A stretch of 64,000 nt of DNA from Psilocybe cubensis (Eukaryota). Both the position numbers and the translations under genes were made by a program. Position 1 is the stretch's first letter; every line of letters starts with the position of its first letter. A model generated the notes under the pieces. The model saw only the letters and a list, made by a program, of their open reading frames with translations, searched no databases and was not told the DNA's origin. Where the stretch lies: NCBI GenBank assembly GCA_017499595.2, contig CM039007.1:124001-188000 (forward strand), written 5' to 3'. Below are positions 1-11,099 of the stretch, piece by piece.

Positions 1-834
1 TGGGTTTCCCCGTGGGCGGTGAAAACGCGGAGCCGTGCTTTCCCGTCAACGCGGATCCGTGCTTCCCCGAGGTGGGGACGGATGTCCGTTCAGCCGCCTT
101 TCCCTTGCCCTTGGGATTGTTTTCTTGATTTCTTGGAGGCCCAGAGGTGGATGAACTTGCGCCCTCCTTAGCTTCTTTCCTCTGATTGTTTAGCCGGAGT
201 ACCTCTTGTTGGTATTCAGGCAGAACCACCTGGTGGGAAGGACGCAAATCAGATATAATCCACAGCAATAAAAAAACATACCTTGTTCCAAAATTCTCTT
301 GCTTGCGATTCAACGGTAACAAAGGCAACTTGCCACTCATCGCCTTCAGCAAATCCGTCCCTCCACCAATATCCCCAGCTCTTGGTCTGATTTAAAATTT
401 CATCATCTTCCCATGCTGACCAGCTTTGATTTAGAGATTCAAATAGAACAGCTCGATGGTGGGGAGTTCGGTTCAAAACGGCATGTACGCTCTGATTGAG
501 AATTTCTGATATAAAAAATGGAATATCGACTTGGAATCCATTGACATAGCAGTATCCGAGTACTCTCAGCAGTATAGCCTATCGAGCAGTTCTCAATGCA
601 AGATATAATAGTTCAAAATTACTGTCTTACCACCTCTAGGTCAAGCAAATACATCCATTTTTGGCGACGCACGGAGGAAACAGAGTCTCCGTTTGCAATG
701 AACAAACGGTATCCGGCACGGATCCGTGCACCACAAATATGGACATGAACTTTGGCCAGAGCACGTCGCTCATCATAGGTAAGGAGATGATGTTCGTCCT
801 CGACAGGAGGTTTACAAAGCCGCGGTAAGTGCAT
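1..834 (-). CDS. Hypothetical protein, probable KDZ-element accessory gene (3' end beyond window start)
   Basis: ORF pieces 619-903 and 249-476 join in frame through two 52-nt GT-AG introns (579-630, 230-281): MHLPRLCKPP...LLDLEV|AILLRVLGYC...REFWNK|VVLPEYQQEV... The frame stays open to position 1. Start codon is uncertain. Confidence 0.65.
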
Positions 835-878
835 GAATTCAACAAGATGAGATACAACAAGAATGTTCAAAGAACTGG

Positions 879-3800
879 TTAATCTGTAATTATAAATCTC
901 CACACGGACGGATACTCCGGGTTAATTTGACGGAAGACCTTATCCGCGGCCCGCCCCAGATCATTCCACATGGCAATCTGCTTTTGAGCATTTGCCCTGT
1001 GACCAACTAACCTGTCAGGAACAAAATCATGCCGTGCACGCCATGTCTTTGCCATATACACATAAAATCTGACAGTCCATTCCATTTCCTTTTTTGTCAA
1101 GGCCAGCTCCTCTTGCCATCTATTCCTCTGAGCTCGCGCGCGGAGCCAGTTTAGCCTAAAGACTAAGAAGCCCTTGAGAAAAAAATTAGAAATACAAATA
1201 GCAGTACTCACACTCATTAACGTATAATTGATTATCATTGTCCAGGCCCTGACGGGATCTCCAAATCCAACTTAGACGGTCCGAGCTTCCTCCGCGAATG
1301 TTCGGATCCGACACGGCATTACTATGCTTGCAATCATGGACTTGCAGAATGGGATATTGTTTCCGAATATTATCCTCGTCTCGCACGCCAGCAGATAAAT
1401 AGATCATCTTCTGACGGTTTGTGTTGTAGAGTCGCCGGTGCAATTTCCAGGAAGCATTCAAAAGCTTGACGCCATCCCAAGCACGAGTCCCCATATAGAC
1501 GGAGTCGGCGGTCCGAACCTGATATTTATACTGCCAAGAAAGCTGGATCAAGGCTGACCGGACCGCTTCCAGACAGTCCTCTGCGTGGCCATGTCTTATT
1601 TGAAGTTCAAGTTTGCGAAGCCCTTTTAAAATGAGGTTTGTTCCCGCGTCAAGGCCGTCAAAGAAATCTTGTTTGACGGCGGAGGGAAACGGAAGCGGCT
1701 GTCGTTCCGGATCCGCGCGGGTAATGTTGACATTTCCAAGATCAGGATCGTTGTTGTCACTGACTTCATAGTCAAGTATGGGAGCGATGTCCCCTTGAAT
1801 ATCCTCCAAGACATCTTCGCCCATGAAGGTCATAGCGGATCGACAGAAGGCTTCAACGCGGGTCCGCATGGAGCGACGTTTATTGACCAAGTCAAGTTTC
1901 TGCGCGGTGGAAGGATGCTTTCCGAGCTTTCTGACATGGTCCCTGAGCTCCAATCTAAAAACATGTTAAATTCTGTAGGATGCAATTGAAATAATCGTAC
2001 TGCGCTTGCTCCAGTTTTAAGCCGGATGATATCCATGCTGCCTTTCCAGTAGCACCATTAGATGTAAGTTCCATATTTGAAAGATGCAATTCAATTTCTT
2101 GGCGTCCAGCAGCCGTTTTCACTTTGCTTGCCATTACCTTGCCAACAGCGTCGGCCACACCTTGTTCTCGGTCCGCTTCTGCTTTTGAAATTTCATCTTC
2201 CCAAGTGTTGATGAGCCCGGAATCTTGTTGATCCGTGATACCCCTATAAAATCGGTCTGTGATTCCGGACTGTTCCCGTGCCCGTTTGAACTTTGCAGCA
2301 ATTGTTGCAGCCATATTAATGGTCTTCTTCCAGTTGGAATCCCCCATGTGGTCGTCCAAAACCTCTGCTCGATGGGCAGTGGTAGCGGAACGTGTACTCC
2401 GGGATGTGTCATTTAACACGGACCACAACGGCTCCAGGATTTCTCCGTCAATGATTCCCACACCCGGGACATAGGTGGATGCGTAGTTGTAAAGACATTC
2501 CGTCTTGTGCCCGTGGACGTGAAATAAACCAATTGCAAAAATCATTTTAACAGAAGGTGGCCAATGCATTTTTGTGGACTCTGAGAGACGCCTTGCCAAG
2601 TTAACGCAATATTGACAGTTTATATCGTAGATTTCCAAATGTTTTGTGATTCCCTGTGTGTTGGTAGTTTCCCTGGCCTGAGTCAAAGACCAATCCATGT
2701 GCATCTGCTTTTCACCTTTGTCAAAATCGACAACGCTGGATGGACAGAAGCATCCGTGCCTAGCGCAAGCGTGTGCCCCAATTCCACGTACTCTCTTACC
2801 CGGGCTGACTCTGTTTTCAGCTTTCTGGGCGTGGTAGTTATGACATGTTTGTTCCTGATATTTTTTGACACGGAAAGTAAGCATCCGCCGTAGAAGATTT
2901 TGACACGGAGCGTAAGCATCCGCCGTGAAAGATAAATCATGGTAGATAACGCACCCGTTTATAACGTGGAGCAAGAGAAATTGCTTCCTTAATGTGCTCC
3001 TTGTAAGGGCCCGGAGCAGTCATGTATCCTTCTCCAACGCTCAACCAAACATCGTCTCCCTCGTTTTTCTGATTGAGGTGATCTGCTTTGAAATTACCAT
3101 CTGCAACATAACTACGTATGTACAGATTGCTACTTGCTGTTAATTGCAGTCACCCTTGAAGAATAACTAAAACTTGCCTATCAGCATCATCAATCCAGGT
3201 ATCAGGTAGGTTTATTCCAGGCTGTGGACAGGCGGGGCAGAATAAGGCCAACTTCCCTCTCCTATCTTCAACTTCGGGATGATCCTCGGTCCGCGTCATT
3301 TGTGGTACAGGCGGACCATCTAATCCGCCGTGTCCCAGAGACGGGTCCGTTGACATTCCGACTTCTTGAGACGGACTATCAGATCCGCCGTCAATTGGAT
3401 CAGATACATTAATACCCATCCTCTCTGGTGATGAATCATGGCAATGACGATAGTAAGGGACCACCGCTTCTCTTGTATGCCCTTCTCCGTATTGTCGTCT
3501 CAGGACAAGGTCCCTGTATTCTCTACTAAGCCTTCTCAATTCACGATAGCGGTTCAGCACCTTTTTTGGAAACGCTGGCGAAGTCAGTCTTCGCAACTTT
3601 TGGTAATACTGATAAGCCGACGTTTTGCACTCGAGGTTGTCCATCCGAAAGTCCTCAAGGACCTCAACTGTGAACACAGTTTGAACGTTTTCAAAGCTGG
3701 CTGCAAATAATCCCATCTCCAGATACTGTAAATCGATAGACGGAAGGCGGACGGACCGGCATGTGCATGTTCGCACGGGCAGATAATGGACTCCGGAGGT

Positions 3801-4762
3801 GTGCACAATTGCCTTGAAAGGAATTCCATTGTTGTCTGCTGCCTTTGGACGAGGTTGGTCCAGATAGGTTGTATCGACTTCCTCGAATAGATCATCGTCT
3901 TCATCGTCTCCATCGTCCAGCTCAACCAAATGGGGTACCTCCGGGTCCGCCAGAAGCTGAGCCGTAAAGGATTCTTGGTCATTGCTCGCAGGAAGCGGAT
4001 CCAGGTCCAATCCGTGTTCATCTTCAAAGACGGGCGAATTGTTTCCGCCGTGCCCATGACTCCCGGATGAATTGTTTCCGCCGTCCCATCCTAGGTGGCT
4101 CGGATCCGTGGGATAAGGACAACGTTTCCCATTATGACCCAAATACAACTTGACACCCACTTCCCACAGAGCTCCCGGACGGAAATATAGACCCGTCCAC
4201 TTCTCAACGCGGTGGAAAGGTGTAAATTGATGGTTTCTTCGCAGGCATTCAGAACACAAAATTCTAGAGCCAAAGCATTGGCAACATCTCCACACTCCAG
4301 ACATTCCTTGACATTGCTGACACTGTCCATTCAGATCCGGATCCGGGGCTTCTCCTCCAATCATTGTTCCAAGATACACCTCTCGTTTCGGGAGCCATTC
4401 CCTCAGGTAATCATTTTGAGACTGGATAGGTAAAGTCATCCTGATCATTCTACTGAAAACATGTTAAAACATACCTTTCCTCCCGTTCTGTCGTCATCTA
4501 GCTGTCTCAGGTTATCAAGTACCTGCTGATCAGTTAGATCTCCCGGATAATGAGGTATTTCTTCTTCCAGAATGTTGTGTTCATGGTTTTGGAAAGAGTA
4601 AGTCGTTGTTTGAGGGAGGTTTGTTGATGATGATTCTGCAGGAAGTTTGTGGATCCTCGGCCGCCCTCTCTTTCGTTTCTTGGCCCCACTAGACCAGGAG
4701 GCCTCCCGAACATTGGGAAACTCCTCATCCGATCCCCTATCAGGTACTTTCTTGAAGCCCAT
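879..4762 (-). CDS. CxC2-domain KDZ (Kyakuja-Dileera-Zisupton) transposase, ~1195 aa
   Basis: Six exons (4762-4475, 4421-3178, 3129-2955, 2854-2001, 1954-1212, 1162-879) sum to 3588 nt in frame; intron 3130-3177 is GC-AG. Motifs: Cys/His knuckle CQQC..WRCCQC..CSEC..H..PFHRVEKW; CxC2-type HTSGVH..CTC..GLFAAS..VFT; LALFCPACPQPGINLP; catalytic-region motifs ADGNFK, CARHGCF, KGEKQ, YDINCQY, FHVHGH, DGEILEPLW; C-terminal WLRARAQRNRWQEE. Confidence 0.93.
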
Positions 4763-5641
4763 GGATGTTGGAAACAAAGAGTCTGACAGCCTGTGAGCGC
4801 AGATCTAAATGTAGTATAACATGTTTATTTCTGTAGATAAATTTCCCTCAATTATGCCGTTTTAAAGAGGAGAAAAATAGCTTTCATATGACTTATCTTG
4901 CAGCATATTTGGATGAGTGAGTGAAATGTTATGAACAAAACTTAATCCAGAGATGCACAAAATGGACGTGATCCCATCATAAATGTACAATATGATGCAG
5001 AACGACCCTTTCAGAACCACACTTTGGAGTGTTTTTGAAATATCTTTTCACTGGCTGGCCCCTCATTCCTCCGGCGTATATCATATGAAAGATATTTTTA
5101 ATAGCTACCGAATGACATTTTTTGTAGAATGTGAATCCTCGTATTTAAGGAGATATTCTCAATATACTAGAAAATGTGTCAAAATGAGCTCACTGGGATC
5201 ATTATATTTTTTGAAAAAAATTATGCATTTGAATACCTCTCATGGTCTCTGAGATGACTGCCGTTTTGGGTTTCACAAGTTTTGGGTGAGAAGACGTGAA
5301 TTTGCATTTTGTGTTTCTGTATCTTTACAGCCATCTGACAAGAATTTAAAACCTTGTAAAATTATCTTTATATAAAGCGCTAAATGTTTACAAAATTCCA
5401 TGTTTATTGATTGAATGCAGAGGGAACTATTGCAAAATCATGAGGTCAATGTATGTGACAGCGACCAGCATGCTTTGATCATCGTGGCCGACGATGAAGC
5501 GGGATTACCTGATTGGGAAAAATATGACATCACATCATTTATTTAGTATGATCGGAAGCTTATTTTATCTCCGTATGACGTGAGATTTGACCAGATCACA
5601 CAGATACTCATCGATAAGCTACTTGTTACATCACTGCAATT

Positions 5642-7952
5642 ATGCCCACCAATGCATCCCCCGACGCGGATCCGCTTCCTTCTACCGCAAATGCCACAAC
5701 CCACAACGGACCCAGAAACGGACAGACGGCGGAGGGTGACTTTCCGCCGGAAGAATCAAATATTTGGACAACAAAGGAAATGCGCGTGTTGAAAAAGCAT
5801 GTACAGCCCTACAAAGATACATCAAAGTCATCCAAAGCAGACTACATACAGAACACTGTCATACCTGAGCTGCAAGCTACATGGGATCACAGATACTCTA
5901 GACGTGCTAGGAAGGAAGATAAGCAACTACACAAAGAATGGAAGGTGAAGAAGCATGTGAGCTCGTTGTTTCTTTGAAAATTTTGTTACACACATAAACC
6001 ATCACAATAGCGAATATTTAATTGGTTTAGAAACCATGCGTCAAATCGAATTGGTGTAAAATTGGAAGGATTGAACTCCCGTATAACCTTTCAGACGGTA
6101 TTCCGTGAGGAGAAGTCGGCAGAGATTGACTCCGAGGTTGCGCTTCTATCAGGGAATGCTGCTCGTGGAAGTAAAGATTGGATGAAGTTTTATCAACAAG
6201 GACGTAAGCAGGTTGAGGCCAGATTGACTCAGGAGGAGCGGGACAGGTTCATGGAGATCCTCGAGGAATGGAATAAGAAAGGTGTTTCAAAATCAATGAA
6301 GGCAAAGTGAGTCGGTGGAACTTGTTTCCGCCGTCAATCTGACATCTGCAGGACTGCTGCCAGGCAAGGCAGAAAAATACTTCGACAAATGGAGAAACTT
6401 AAGTGGCAGAGAATGGGTATGAGGTCCATTACCTTTGAGGGGCATTATGATATTGAGGGTAAAATCGAATACTCAATGTAAGTGTTAAACACGGCATGAA
6501 CAAGTTCCGCCGTGAATGCTTACGGCGGAAACTTTATCCGCCGTAAACACCCTACGGCGGATAAAGTTTCCGCCGTAAGCATTCGCGGCGGAATAATTTG
6601 GCCCGTATTAATGTTGACTGATGGGCATTGAAGGACCCAGACAAGCGATCTAGCACTCGACGATGTCAGAATTCCTTCCTTTGGGCAACTCTTTCCATCC
6701 GAGTTGGCCGCTTTTCGCAGAGCGTTTGTTCAATACCTCGTCCACATTTCAGAAATAGAGAAGGGTGTGGCCAATCCAGCACTGCCAGATGCATCGTTTC
6801 ATGAAAAATCCCTCAAGTTTAGCAGCAATGGATTTCCAATAGTACCTAGTCCTATCTATGGCTCAACTGGGAGAGAAGTCGCTTATGCACAAAAGTCAAT
6901 TATTAGAATTTACATGAACAAGGTTTATGGTGTGTAATTTGTCTATGTCCTCAACAAACTTGCTAACTATGTATACAGCTTTAGCCAAGGACAGGCCTGG
7001 TTCAAGTGTTCCTTGGGATGCTCTTGAAAGGCGTTCTGCAGAAATGATTGATCCAGAGTATTGGCCAAGTTCAATCCCCGTGACGGATCCGAGCCGGCTC
7101 CGCCTGGAGTCAACCTCTGCAATTCTCAAGCTATGGAGGGACCGTCAAGCCCAAGGAGACATCCCCTTTAAATTTTCAAAGGTTTTTGGAAATGGCTATG
7201 ATATTATGGAACCTCTCTATCCGTCCAACTTGTTTGACGGCCTAGAAGCCCACCCGATACCTCCACCTCCTGCAGCAATAACCAAACGTCGCCTGAGGCA
7301 AAAAGCTATACGACTTCAAACCCAATCTTCAAGCGACTCTGAATCATCCAATCTGTCAGAGTTTGATAATGGACGGGGCAGTCCGGCATCCGCGATGCCA
7401 CGCACTACTGCCAGATTTGAAGTCACGCCAGAGACGGATGAGACTCCTACCGACGCACCTTCAAGATCTAGCGAGCCACCCTCTCTACCAAGTAGATCCA
7501 GCCCAACAATTGTCAATCCATCATCCAGCCCAACTCCAGAGGTTGAGGAGGCGCCTCCCAAGCCAGCTAGAAAGATTATGCCAAGAAAAAGAACAAAGCC
7601 ATATGTCGGAACGGCGGAAATGGACGGACCCGATGAAGAGAGTTCTGTACCGGCCCCAGTTAAGCCAAAACCAACTAGAAGGATTCAACCTAGGAAAAAA
7701 ACAAAGCCCTACTCAGATCCACTTGACACAGTGGAAGAAAGTGGAGTTCAGACAGGAACAACCCAAGACACGGATAATACACGGGCCGGCAGGGATGTGA
7801 CTTGTGATGCCTTTGTGGAGACAGTAACAAGTCCAGATACGGATGAAACACGGGCCCGCAGGAATGTGACTTCGGATGCCTTAGCACTTCAGGAAGCAAG
7901 TCTGCTTGTTGTAGCAGGTAAAAGACAAAGAAAAAAAACTTTGAAAGCCTAG
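5642..7952 (+). CDS. Hypothetical nuclear protein with homeodomain-like (RIFNWFRNH) and HMG-box-like segments, ~668 aa; probable KDZ accessory gene
   Basis: Five exons (5642-5956, 6011-6306, 6352-6477, 6634-6929, 6979-7952) total 2007 nt in frame with GT-AG introns. It has a WFxNH motif, a LTQEERDRFMEILEEWNK segment, a VPW...DPSRL...LWRDRQ..PFKF block, and an S/P/T-rich tail with basic NLS-like clusters. Confidence 0.8.
6505..6593. repeat. Nested inverted repeat (41-bp arms, 1 mismatch, 7-nt loop) inside intron 3 of the 5642-7952 gene
   Basis: 6505-6545 TTCCGCCGTGAATGCTTACGGCGGAAACTTTATCCGCCGTA is the reverse complement of 6553-6593 except for one base. Each arm is itself built of alternating TCCGCCGT/ACGGCGGA units. 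Confidence 0.95.
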
Positions 7953-8217
7953 CTGCTGAAGTAGATTCATAATACCTATTGAATGTGATGCTTTTCATTC
8001 TTATCTTGATGTTTCTCAAACATGTTTTCACACAAAATCAAAACAGAAAGCGGGTTCATTAAAAATCATCAAGTGCTACTTTTTGGGAGAGATATAAAAC
8101 AGATGAGCACATGAGAGTAAAAACTATATACAGTCCAAATATTAAAAATTGTACAATGCAATCTATGAGACAAGGCAAAAAAGGAGACCAAAAAAAGTTA
8201 CAAAGATTTGAAATACA

Positions 8218-10795
8218 CTACTTTTTTTGGGCCTTGGGTTTTTTGGGCGAGCGCGATGCTTCAGCCAGAGTCGTTTCCGCCTTTCGCTTCCGTCCAGCCC
8301 TTGTCTTTGTGGCTATGTTCGACGCGGGCAGCGTGGACGCCACGATCTCAACATCCTCCTCCACAATTTCAACCTCGTCGCTGTCCGAGGGATCAGACAA
8401 CTCCGATGAGTGTCCATTCCCGGATGGCCCAGCCTTGGAGGATGGCTTAGCCTTTGACAATGGCTTAGCCTTTGAGGATGGGCCGGCCTTTGACGATGAC
8501 GATGGCGCGGCCTTTGACGATGGTGCACCCTTTGACAACGGTGCGGCCTTTGACGTCGAACTTCGAGGACGTGGAGCTGGGAGAGGGGGTGGTGGAGACA
8601 GGGAAAGGACGGGTGGTACCGGTGGGAGCGAGGGTCGGCCAGCTGGGGGGGGCGAAGGCGCTTCTGGAGTCGAACCGGGCAAGAATAGCTCTGTTGGTGG
8701 CGCAGACACGGCAGGGAAGACGGGTGCGGGTGGAGGTGGGGGTGGGGAAGGGAGGACAGGTGCTGGCGGTGGTGGAGGAGGGGAAGGGAGAATGGGTGCT
8801 GCTGGAGGTGGAGGTGGGGAAGGGAGGGGTGCTGGCGGTGGTGGTGGGCTGGGGGATTGTGGCGCAGAGGTGGGTTCACGGGTCCGCGACGGACCCGATT
8901 CTTGTTCGACCTCCGTCTTGGAGGGTTCTGCTGCCTGTTTGGGGGCGGGATTCCTTTGTTCATCCTGCTCCAGCAAAACCCCGACCACGTACTGAACGTC
9001 CTGGATCGCCTGCTTGATGTTGTTGAACATCGTGACGGAAAGCGAAGTGTTTCCTGCCACTTGTTCTTTTGCCGTGGTCCACTCGGCCTTCAGCTCTTGG
9101 AAGCTGTCCTCGACGGTCTTCATCCTCTTCTCCACCGCCAAGTTTGTCTCGGCGAACGTTGCAATCCGTGCGTTTATCGCCGTCATGGACGCGGAAAGGC
9201 CATCCATCCGTTCCATCAGTCGGCCTTGTCGCTCAAACAGCTGCACAAGCAGCTCTCCCACATCCTCGGGGAACGACCCTTCCCCGGCCTTCCCCTTCGC
9301 CGGAACATCCTCTCCCTCCTCCAACTTCAACACCTCCCCGTAACTTCCCAGCGGCGTCGAGAGGTTGAATTGCCCGGCGACAGTGTTGCGTCCCGGGTAG
9401 AAACGTCCCGGGTAGAAACTGCAGTGAATCTTGCGAGACTTGCAAGACTCGCAAGATTGGTGCTTTACGGGGACGAGAGGCTCAGTGCCTGTCTCTCCCT
9501 TGACATGGCACGGCACCTTGAATTTGGTGCATCCCGTGCACCTTTCCACCATATCCACCATCCCCTCCGGCACCTGGCGCGCTTTCTCGGATCTCGACCG
9601 CGCCTTCCTGATGGGGGGGATATTGTCCTGGTTGGCGTCCTTCTTTGCAGACCGGGTGAGCATCTTCCGGGTGGGGGTGGTAGGCGGGGCCTCTTGGTCA
9701 TCGCCTTCGTCGTCCTCGTCGACGTCGGCGTCCGCGTCTTCGTCCGTGTGGCTTCCTATGATTGCTTTGCTCTTGAACTTCCCCTGCTTGGACTTCGCCA
9801 ATCTTTCCAGCTTCTCCCTGTACGCTGGGTGACCAGGCATGTTGGAGGCGGTGATGTGGGGAATGATTTCCCCCTTCCTTGTCCGTGGGCCCCTGTAGTC
9901 CGCTGGAGCCAACTGAATGGACTCCACGGGGTCCGCCGCTTTCCGTTTGCCCTTGTCTTTGTGGGCGTCTGTCACGGGTCCGTCTTCCACCGGGGGTTCG
10001 ACTGCCTTGCCCTTGCCCTTCTCGGCCCGTCTCTTCTCCGTCTCCTCCTTGTTCCTCTCCTCGTCTGTCTCCTGCTCCTGCTCCTGCTCCCTCTTCCTCC
10101 TCTCCTCCGCCTTCTGCCTCTCCTGCTCCCTGGTCTTCCTCTCCTGCTCCCTCTTCCTCCTCTCCTCCTTCCTCCTCTCCTCCACCTTCTGCTTCTCTTC
10201 CTCCCTCTTCCTCCTCTCCTCCTCCCTCTGCCTCTCCTCCTCCTCCTCCCTCTGCCTCTCCTCTTCCTCCTCCCTCTTCTTCTTCTCCTCCCTCTTCCTC
10301 CTCACCTCCCTCTTCCTCCTCTCCTCCACCCTCTGCCTCTCCTCCTCCTCTTGCTCCTCCTTCTCCCTCCTCTTCTCTTGCTCTTCCTCCTCCCTCCTCT
10401 TCCTCTGTGCCTCCTGGCCTTGCTGGTATGCCTTGAAATTTGCGACTTGATGATGCAAATTTGCCCAGTCGACCTCGAACCTTGCTACCTGCTTGCCGTC
10501 CTTGCCCTGGCTGGTCTTGTATGAATACACGACAGGGCTTGCGACATAATCCACGAGGCGGAAGTTGGCCGCGTCCCTGACGTGTTCTTGACACAGTGGA
10601 ACCTATTTGGATGAATTTTTTTTGTTCAGTAAGTCTTATGCTCAAGGGATATCGATTACTCACCAAGTCCCTGTAGAGCTGCTCCAACTGAGCGTTGAAC
10701 GCGCTTTCGCCATTGCGGTAGCACTCTGTAAAGGTTTTTTCCCAGTCAGCAAGGCGTTGGGCGAAGGTGGCGGTGGTGGAAGATGAAGAGGCCAT
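8218..10795 (-). CDS. Zn(2)-Cys(6)-like fungal zinc-cluster protein with E/R/K-rich helix, coiled coil and Pro-rich tail, ~838 aa
   Basis: Exon 10795-10664, a 61-nt GT-AG intron (10603-10663) and exon 10602-8218 join in frame. It contains CTGCTKFKVPC-x-CESCKSRKIHC (C-x2-C-x6-C...C-x2-C-x6-C), a long EEEERQR-type charged tract, a heptad-like segment LMERMDGLSASMTAINARIA and poly-Pro runs. Confidence 0.85.
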
Positions 10796-11099
10796 TGGGA
10801 AAGCGTTTTTTTTGGGGGGGAAGACGCGTTAATGGGTGAGGCACGGTAGAACGTGGGGTGGTGATCGTGGTTGGAGTTAGTCTAAAAAAAGTCTAAAAAA
10901 AAGCGGTCCCGCAAAACAAAACCATACACAAACATGTACAATCTGAGTCATGTGATTTCTTCACCAGATCCAGTTTGTGCAAAAGTTGCTAAGTTCGATA
11001 CACGGGTGAATCTATTTCCGTGTCATGGAGAATCCTCGGATAGTATTGTATTCCGTGAGATATATAAACAAGCCCACCCAGTTGCACTTTCTGGACTGT

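Noticed and set aside
8111-10524. Long plus-strand ORFs (294, 555, 185, 177 aa)
   Set aside because: Antisense shadows of the GC-rich, low-complexity Zn2Cys6 gene; the translations are mirror low-complexity sequence.
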